A stretch of DNA of 64,000 nucleotides from Ignavibacteriota bacterium. GTDB taxonomy: Bacteria > Bacteroidota > Ignavibacteria > UBA10030. Made by a program: the position numbers and the translations under genes. The stretch covers positions 128,001-192,000 of the forward strand of contig CAVSHO010000011.1 in assembly GCA_963727825.1 (NCBI GenBank). The letters run 5' to 3'. The notes beneath the pieces were generated by a model. It was not told where the DNA came from, made no database searches, and saw only the letters and a list, made by a program, of their open reading frames with translations. Of the stretch, positions 51,259 to 61,300 are shown piece after piece; the first letter of the stretch is position 1; every line of letters starts with the position of its first letter.

Positions 51259-51873
51259 TTATGGATATGTTGAGTAATTAACAGAGACACTTATTGTTCC
51301 AGTATAATATCCCGCATTCACATTGCCCACAGGCCCTAACTTTCCATACAGAAATATATATGCCGTTGCAGAGGGAGCTGTATATCCACCGTGTGCAGGA
51401 GTTGGGGGCGGTGCAGGTACACCCGCAGTCCTTCGAAGCATCGGAAGTGTTATTGCGGAAAATCCTGCAGGGACTTCAACAGCACTCGTCTTTGCCGTGG
51501 CCGCATCGCTACTTCCAAGATTTGAATAGGCGAAGTTACAGGTGAACGGTATCTGGCTGCTCGCTCCTGCAGTCATGTACATAGGAGCGGATATTGTTAC
51601 CGTAATATCCCTCGTCGCATCACCTACAATTGTAATATACTGAGTTTCGTTGTCGGTCAATGTGATAGTGACTGTTGCACTGCTGTTGCTAACAATTTCC
51701 GGTTGCTTATCATTAAAGTTCAAAGTAGCACCATTACTTGCGACCAGAGAAATGCCCACAGAAGTTGTATAGGCACCAAAATTTATTTTTTGTGCAACTC
51801 CAAAGCTGATCACAAACACACTCAATAGTATCAGCATTCCCCATCGTTTCAGTATGTGTGTAAGCGAGATCAT
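51259..51873 (-). CDS. Pilin-like exported protein
   Basis: Signal peptide; YIFLYG...AGYYTGTISVSVNY. Confidence 0.65.
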   Translation of the reverse strand: MISLTHILKRWGMLILLSVFVISFGVAQKINFGAYTTSVGISLVASNGATLNFNDKQPEIVSNSSATVTITLTDNETQYITIVGDATRDITVTISAPMYMTAGASSQIPFTCNFAYSNLGSSDAATAKTSAVEVPAGFSAITLPMLRRTAGVPAPPPTPAHGGYTAPSATAYIFLYGKLGPVGNVNAGYYTGTISVSVNYSTYP

Positions 51874-52373
51874 AAAATGTACTCTACATCGATTTTCAGT
51901 TCCATTGTGTAATTACCGGGCATAATGTCTTCAAGGCCTGAAAGTTGTCCTCCCACCCACAGATAATACTCTCCCCTATCACTCAGCTTGACTTCATTCT
52001 GCGTGAGAAGGATCGATTCCTTCTGGATATTATAAGTATTTCCGCTGACATTGTAGGTGAAGAAAAGTTGCGATTGGCCGTTTTCGTGCCGCAGAATCGA
52101 TTGTTTTTCATTTGTAATCCGCACGAGACTGTTCGGAGAGCCGACGATTTTTATCATTCCAGAATGCAAGTCTCTTTGTGGGTCAATATTGAGATCTGTC
52201 GGCGAGAGATTGCCAACTTCAAATTCCAGGTCCTTCATCACAATCAGATCTACATTGCCAACAACATTTGCGGAGGCAGTGATCCTTGCCACAACCTGAT
52301 CCGTATTTTGTGCTTCTGCAATGTACCCGATAAGCAAGCTGATCGCAAGTAAATATGTCAAATATTTTATCAT
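51870..52373 (-). CDS. DUF4402-like pilin
   Basis: ITASANVV; YLWVGG...PGNYT...IDVEY. Confidence 0.68.
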   Translation of the reverse strand: MIKYLTYLLAISLLIGYIAEAQNTDQVVARITASANVVGNVDLIVMKDLEFEVGNLSPTDLNIDPQRDLHSGMIKIVGSPNSLVRITNEKQSILRHENGQSQLFFTYNVSGNTYNIQKESILLTQNEVKLSDRGEYYLWVGGQLSGLEDIMPGNYTMELKIDVEYIL

Positions 52374-55300
52374 TTAAGTACAACCATTTTTTTAGTTTGT
52401 GTTTTTTCTGCCGCGGTCATCCTGCAGAAATATACGCCGCTGGCAACATTTGATGCATTCCACACCACGAGATGATTCCCGGCTGAGTATTCCTGATCAG
52501 TCACAGTGGCGACTTGCTGGCCCAGGATATTGAATACCCGGATCGTTACGCGCGTTTGTGCTGGAATTGAAAAAGTAATGTTCGTCGTCGGGTTAAACGG
52601 GTTCGGATAGTTCTGTGCCAGTTGAGGAGTAGTCGGAAAATATCCTGACAAACTATTGTTTGCCGAGACAACCAGACGGAAACGGGACTCTGAAGCGCTG
52701 CTCTTCGCTAATTTGGCAGCGGGAACTGTCTGCACGACAGGCTGTGGTAATGCATGTAATGATTGACGATTCGATGCAACACCAGATCCCTTTTGTAAAA
52801 GACTACTGCTCGACGATATCAAGTCGGCTGGTGTAGTGTACTGGAATGTCAGGTCGCCCGCTTCTATCATTGAGGCCGCTGTCCCGGAGACATCGTCCAT
52901 AAGAAAGATGTTCCAGCCAACAGGAAGCTGTCCGTTCAAATTCCAACTAAGTGTAAATGAGCCGTTAAACGGTTGACCACCAACTGTCCCGCCAACGTAC
53001 AACGGAAGTGTGAACGGTTGAACAAAACCTGTATCGGGTAAATTCTGGATTTGCATAGCGGGCTGGCCCGTTCCGGCAACAGAGTAAAGTATTAAATAAT
53101 TATCAGAGAGCGGAACCAAACTGAACGCATCGTACGGATCGTATGTTATCTTTCCGCTGGGGCTGAACATCAAGTACGCTTGCGTTTGAAGCCCATTAGC
53201 TGAGAGCTCTAATTCGAGAACAGGCGCCGAATCATTGATACCCAAACTTTTCTTGTCGGATGTGTTTTTTGCAAGTGAGGCCGGCTTCGCGATGCTCGTG
53301 CTTTTCTTCCCGGCAGAATCCGGCGAGACAGATGCCAACGTGCCTTTACCTGCAGATTTCTTTCCGAGGAAGTTGCCCCCTGTCGCTTTCACTCTATTGT
53401 CGCATTTCAGTGAGGGACTGGCGGCGTTTGCTTTCACCCAGAATGCTTGAAATGGTGTTATCAATCCACCTGTAATATTTCCCGTTGAGCCATTCCAATA
53501 TTTGTAGTTGCTCGTGGCTGGATCCCAAATATAAATTGTTCCATCAATGTTCGTCTTTGTCCACCCTGACCCCGCATTCCAATTGATCGTGGAAGGAGTC
53601 GGGTTGCCGACCAGGTTCCAACCTCCATCGATAGAGTCGATATCTGTAAAAGTTTTGCTTTTTGATGTATCATTGGAACCTACCGGCGTCGCAGTGACGC
53701 CAAAATCGAATGCCGAGGTTAGCAGATTCTCCGTACCTGTGGCAGTCATCGTTAGCGGAAGGACATCGCTGTAATTGCTGGCTATATCAGGTCTGAGCGC
53801 ACCATTAAATACATAGTACATGTATCCCCTTCCCAACTTAACGGCAACGGAATCCATTCTCCACGCCTGCAACGATGTGCCCTGACTCGTTTCATCCCAC
53901 CACAGCAGATTGGGTTGCAGAGAGGGATAACTCGATCCCGTAAAGCCCTGTGTGACGAAGGGTGCTGCAAACATTGAACTGACTGTTACGCTATCGGGAG
54001 CGGCGAGCATGCGCCATCCTTCGGTTCCGGTTATCGTGTACATCACCTGAAGTGTAGGTGCACTGCTGCTGAGGTTGATATAGTTCGATCCTTCATTGAT
54101 AATTATTTTTCCTGCGGAAATAGAAGCGCCGGATTCGATTTTGAGATTTGAACCGGAACCGATATATACATTGTTGGTCACACTAAAACTATTATTATTA
54201 TCAAACGATCCACCATTGTCTACTATTAAACTCGTAATTGTTACACTGGTGTTTAAAGTGTCTGCAAAATTATTGCTGATATGTACCGTATCAATTGACA
54301 TCGGCACCCTATAATTCCAGGTAGCAGCGTTACTCCAATCTCCGCTTGCAATTGAGGTAATTAGAAGAGGCATAATATTTATGCCACCTATTGTAAAGAA
54401 ATGATTATCGAGGTTTACGAGTGTCGAAGTGGCAACCGTACCCGAAGTCTGTCCATTGTCAGTAACAACCTGACCGACAGCATTCCAAGGAATAAGCCAT
54501 TCGACCACCCTTGTAAGAGCGCGTGTTGATGCCGAGCTGCTCATTCCTGTGTATTGGTCCCAGCTTAAAACAACATTTGCGCTTCCACCTGATGGACCAA
54601 TAATATTCCAATATTCATTATTCACAACTGATTGTAATGGAGATACCATCTGTGTAGTGTTATATCCAGCGGTTGTAGGATCCTTATCAAAAAATTGTGC
54701 CGTCCAAGTTTGTGTTCCTGAAGTAGAAGTGCTATTTACTGAAACATATCCAATCCGGTTTCGGCTTGAGGAATTTGCATCTCCAACCGGAAATTGGAAC
54801 GATGAGCCATTAATTATTTTCTTACTTAGCGGCCCGTTTACAAATGAATTATCGCTTCCACCAACAACAGCACTTGAACTTGTATTGGTAATAGTCAGGA
54901 TATTGTTGGCAATGTTATTAAAATTAATGTTTCCCAATGTCAGCAGAAGCTGATCGCTTATATCAACAGTTCCGGTATTAATAGTTAGTCCCGCAGCATT
55001 ATTTATTTCGAGGTCATAGAATGTCTCTTTCATAGAATTACCAGACATCAAAATACTTTGTGCTGCCGAACCGCTGAAATGCACAGCACCTGTTCCAGCA
55101 GTAAAGCCAGCAATACTCGTGTTTTGATCAATCCAGTTTCCAAGAACGAAAAGGTCTTTATTGTATAGAGTATTATCCAATCTGCTGCCATCAGAAATTG
55201 TTATGTTGCCATTTATCTTTGTATCAACGCTACTGATGTACTTTTTGCCGGTTCCTGAGAATATTACTTGTTGATAAGGTTTATTTATATTTCCCGGATT

Positions 55301-58300
55301 TAAAGGCATTGTGCCATCAGTGTTCCCATAAAACTCAACAGTACTTGGTAAGTTCGCAAGAAATAAATCGTACGATCCGCCTGGGAATATGAATATAGCA
55401 CTGCCAGTAGGTGACATACGTATTTTTCCTGTACCTGATACCTGCCCGATATTATTAGATACCGTATTCGTTGCATCGAGCACTCCTTCGATATCTACTG
55501 AAGATGCAAGCGCTCCATTAACGCTAATAGTTACAGTGTGGGGAGCATTTATAACAACCGAGTGGCCATTTGGGACAAAGGAAGGAGACCAAACTGTTGC
55601 ATCATTCCAATTTCCTGATTTTGTGCTATATAATATCGGTAATGAAATAAATTGATCTCCAATCGTATACGATCCATCTAAGAGCGAAGTGCTGCTAAAA
55701 GAAAATGTTGGAGAACTTATTGTTCCTGGTGTAACAGTTGTCCATGCGGCTGTAGAATTATCGCACCGTTCAATATTCGCAGGACTTCCAGTTACATCAG
55801 CGGGGATGTACGTGTACGAATGCGTTACATTATAAGTTGATGGCGAAAAGCCTGTTGTTACCACCTTCCAATAGTAATTCAAATAATTTGAATAGTTTGC
55901 AGGATTAATTGATGGGTGTAAATCATCTATTGGAATGACGTTTATGGTTGCTCCTGCCGCATTAGTATTGGCGGTAAAGTTATATGTGCAGGGAGTGTAT
56001 TTTCCATTAGCACCTATAGGATAAGTAAACGATGAAGCGCCGTTCGGGAATATCTTTGTAACTCCTATATCACCTAATACACCATTAAGAATAACATGGT
56101 TTGTTCCACTGGCACCTACAATTATAACGCTTTGCCCAAAAGTCAAAGAATAATTATCGATGTATAAATTACCATTAGTAAACTTGAGCTGACCGTTAAT
56201 CGTCGAATTGTCGGTCATATTAACGCCATGCCCGCTGTTGTTGATTTCAATGTTACCGAAAATTCCGCTTCCGCTGCCTGTCATCCCCTGGTTGGCTGTT
56301 CCCTTAAAAATCATTCCACCGCTTGTTGAAGAACTGTAGTGAGTAGCGTTGTTGTTAACATTATTCAATAAGGTTATTGTATTTCCATTGTCGTTCAACG
56401 TGCCGGAGCTTAATGTCAAATCACCGTTAATGGTGATATTGCTGCTGCTTAATGATATGCTATGCCCGGCAGCAGTGGAGACATCCAAATTAGCGAAGTT
56501 AGTAATATTAGAAGGAGAAGTTGTGCCGGTTATGGTTTGGTCAGTGCTTCCTACAAAACCGGTGGATTGCGTAAGCACCTGAGTTTGATAACCACCGACA
56601 TTGAGTCCAACAGTAGATGTTGTATTGTTATTTATCAAATTCCCGCCGATAGTGACATTAAGTCCATTAGTATTATAATAACTTGATGTTCCACCGATAG
56701 TCAAACTTCCGACAAGAGTTAATGGATATATTTCCTGTATTGCCGATGATTTTGTCGTCGCTTCGAGTGTAAGGTTTCCTATAGAACATGAAGATTGGAA
56801 ATAGAACAATGTACTAGCAGGTGTAACACCCGAATATCCAAACTGTATCGTGCCACCGGTGACATTTTCAATGTCGGGATCTAAATACAAATCATAAGGA
56901 GAGCTATTATTGATATCATTGGCAATTATGATCGTGCCATTGCTCACGGTAAACTTGCTTCCGCCATTTAGTACTTCAAACACGGCTCTTGACGTACTAG
57001 CATTTTTACCACCTATGGTAACGGTCCCACCTGTTTGTGTATAATTCAATGAACCAGAGGTGGTTCCTGTTCCGCGCCTTATTTGTGAATAGACATTGAG
57101 AGATCCGCCTGAGATAATAATTTCAGGAGTGCCTGCCGAAGCATAGACAGTATTAAAAGCATTGGCAGATGCTGATGCTATAGCTGGGCCAATATTGACT
57201 GCTCCTGCAATTATTTCCAACCGGCCAACAAGAGATAAATCAGCTGCCGCAGCACCAGTGGCTATATTAAATGTACCTCCATTCGCAGAAAGACATGCCG
57301 TGCTCGGTATTGAGAAACCGCCTACAGAAAGAGGCATTGTCACGTTTGAAGTTAATCTGAACGTCCCGTTCTGCAAATTAAGACCGCCACCGCCCATTTG
57401 AAAACCTGTAGGATCGACATTAACATTTAAGATAGAATCTTTTGATGTGCCTTTATTGACTGTTATGCCGTATAAGCGTGTTCGTGTCGGTGTAGAAGTA
57501 CTGGTAAGAGATTTACTTAATGAACCTGTAAAAATAAGAGTACAATAATAATTATCATTAGTCGGATAGTTCGAGTCTAAATCAAATGTTCCGTTATTAA
57601 TTATGTTTCCATAAACTGTTAAAGTGTTTGCTACTGAATTACCACCATTTCTAACTTGCAGCACTCCACCGGACGCAATGTTAATATCGTTATCGGCAAT
57701 TACGTACTCGGCAAGATTGTTCTGGTATTGTAATATTCCGTACTGATTTATATTGATATTACCTTTTACTTCTATAGTTGTTGAGCTTGCACCGGCGTTA
57801 ATCTGCGTTATGCAATTTGATGTGCCGCCCCCGGATGAACATCCCGCTGTCAAATTATTATAAATCGTCAAGTTTGAATTAGGCAAAATTATATTCGATG
57901 CATTATAAGGTGAAGTAATAAGATTATAGTACCCGGTAATATTCGCTGTACCTCCACCGGGCAAAGTATACGTTGTCGGTAATGTAAGTGTCCCTGCGGC
58001 AGCCTGATAATATTCCACCGTCCCACCGGAAGGTCCTAAGAAATTTCCCCAGTCGCCAGCAGGGAAATATGTTGAGCTGGCAATTCTCAATGTTCCACTA
58101 CCCGTAGAAATTGAGCCGAAACTATGTCCATTTATAATTCCTAAATCGAGTGTTGAACCGGATTCAATAGTTAAGCTGCTTGAAGAAGCTGCTACTGGAG
58201 TTGTAACTGTGTAAGGACTGCAAATGATTACCAGAGTACCAGCGGTAGGTGTGCCACCACCACCAATGCCGCCTCTTGTTGTGGACCAAGTATTAGCATT

Positions 58301-61300
58301 ATTCCAAGGACCACTCACAACACTATATAAAGTAGGGATGGCACCAAATGCTGTAGCAGGATCACCGGCTGTATATTCTCCGTCAGCAATACTTGTATTA
58401 TAGGTGACCTGGTTTGTAGTGGTATTCACTCCACTTGTAGTTAATGAACTCCAGCTTGAACCATTATAAAGGGCAGGAACATAATTTCCTTCAGTGCCGG
58501 CTACAAAATAATTAGATGCGGCATAATCGTAATAATAAATATTGATAACCGAACTGGCCGGAATACCTGTGAAGCCAGTACTGGTTGCCTTCCAGTAGCA
58601 AGTTAAAGCATTATTAGAACCTTGCGCTAACGGATGCCTTCCATTAACAGGGTGTGTTGTTACCGTTCCATAGGCAGTTGGCGCAGTAGTGAATTGTATC
58701 GAGTGCGGCATATAATAGTATGTTGCATTCGTATAAAAACCAAACGGAAAAACAAAAGCCAATGTATTGGCATAAGTTTTACTTACCCCTCCGTCGGAAA
58801 GCAAGCCGCTGGTTTGAATCATCTTGTTATTGTTAAAAGTCGTACCAATATTTACATCGGAATAAACCATAGAATTTGCGCCTAATGCAAGGCGATAGCT
58901 GCCAATATTAAGTATATTCCACACGCCTGTTGTTGTACCAGCCAATCTTAAATTACCTGTAACAGCCATATTAGCTGTAGCAGTAACAGAACCGCCCGTT
59001 TTATTTAATGTCAGGTTATTGAAAATTCCTGCTCCGTTTCCACTCAGCGTTTGCGCTGCGGTACCAGTCAGAATTATAGCGCCTGTACTGACTCGGCTTA
59101 TGTGTGTTCCGCTATTAATAATATTTCCGTATACAGTGACAGTTTCGCCGCTGTCATTCAGAACCGAGTTCTGATCTATAAAGAGCGCACCGTTCACAAT
59201 CACATTATTATTAATAATTGAGGTAAGGGATGAGTTTGTAATAGTAAGATTGTTCAGTCCACCTGTAATGGTTCCTACATTATTGAAAGCTTGAGCGCCT
59301 GTACTGTTAAATGTTGTTGTCGAAGTCGTACTAGGCGTGTACGTGCCTCCTGACGAAATAGTAAAATTATGTCCCACGTTCAGACTAATAGTACTTGTGT
59401 TCAAGTTTAATACAGAAAGGTTGCCAATGGTTAGATCATGCAAGACACTAAGGCTCGAACCTGGTGTATTCCATTGAACAGTTGTAGTCCCTGTTCCAGT
59501 CCGGTTTGATATATTCACATTATAAAATGGGACTGTTGAATTTGCCGTGTAGACGGTAGCAGAGCTTGGTACGTTAATATTTATTGTTCCACCGGTAACA
59601 TTATAATTTCCTGCTTGAGATTCAATATCCATAATTTGGAAATCTGTAGTACCACCAGAAAAAGTATTATTCGTAAAATTGATTGTTCCCCCGCTCATAG
59701 TAAAGGAAGAATTTACATTACTAAGTCCAAACATCGGCCCTGCATGGTTTTCTCCCAGTAATTGGAAGTTCGCTGTTCCACCTGTTTGTATATAACTCAT
59801 CTGATTAGTGCCACCTGTGGAAGTCCATACCTGACTAGCAACCAATGTGCCGGTTCCTTCGATCATAATTACAGGTGTTCCTAATGTTCCTAAAACCATA
59901 CCGGCTGCATCGCCCATAGAAAACGAACCCCCACTTAGACGCAATGTGCCGTACAATGTAGCCGCCTGATAGCCGGTTCCATTAACGCCTGATAAAGTGG
60001 TTGAAACAGTAGCGCCATTAACCCATAATTCAGCAGTAGGTATAATATTAAAGTCTTGTCCGCCTTCTGTTAGAGATGGGACGTTAATATTTGCATCGAG
60101 CTTCAGCGTACCATAATGAATAAAGAGCGCCTTATAATATGCTCCATATCCAAAGCCCTCTGGTTGACCATCAAACTGGTTATTACCCTGGTTATTGGGA
60201 GCGTAAAGAGCAAAATTACTCGTACTGGAAGAATTGACTTCTAATGTATAGGTCTTGTCTGTTCCTTTTTCTACGATAAGTCTGAAAAAGTCTGTTGTTC
60301 CATTACAAGTGACAGTATTGTTTGTTGCACCATGGAAGAAAACCTGAACATCGCCACAATTTGTTCCGCCCCAGGCCGTCGTTGTAAGTATATAGTATGC
60401 ACTACTGTCCGGTGATGGCAACCCTGTAAAACGAATAGAACCATTATTCACCAAATTGCCGTATAGTGATAATGTGTGGACACCAGAATAAGTTACGGGA
60501 AGTGCCGGCACCGCAGTCGGATTAGGAATTCCGTGCGCAGTTGCAAAATTATTTACCCTGACATTGCATCCGGCATCGACAGTAAAATCTCCATAGACAG
60601 TCATGTTGATAAGGCTATCTGAAGGTGTCAAATTGCCAAAATAGAGTGTCTGGGTTCCCGACGAATAATTTTTTACACTCAAATTTCCATTAATAGTATA
60701 TGTTATAGGGCCAGCGTTGTTGCTAAAGAAGTAAGAACTGATTGCACTCGTAGTATTATTTGAAATTATCAAATTGTTGTACGTAAAGGGAGACGGAGTA
60801 GCGGGGGGGATGCTGACACCATTAAGATTGTAGAACTCTATCGTTCCACCGCCGCTTGCAACAAAACTCGTATAAGTTCCACCGGGGAAAGTATTAGAAC
60901 TAAGCTTTATTTTCCCTTGTCCTGATACCGTTCCAAAATTATGTCCGGTAGTGGACCCAATGTCAAGAATGCCCCCTGAATTAACTGTGAGTGTATTTAC
61001 TTGTTTAGTATTCGCGCTGATAGAAATTGTTCGGCCATTGAGAATGGTAACGATATCTGAATTTGCTGGAACACCGGAATTTATCAACGTTGTACCTGAA
61101 GGATCTGATGTCCAGGAAGATGCATTGTTCCAATCGCCCGATTGATACGAATAATATGTATTCGAAGTTGACGGTGCAGAAGAGCCGGCGGTCCACTTTC
61201 CTGAAATCGATGCAGCCGATGCACCGGATGTGTCTGTTCCAAATGGATTAGCAGCAAGTGCTGTGTGTGTGCCAGGTGCTGATACCCAGGATGATCCGCC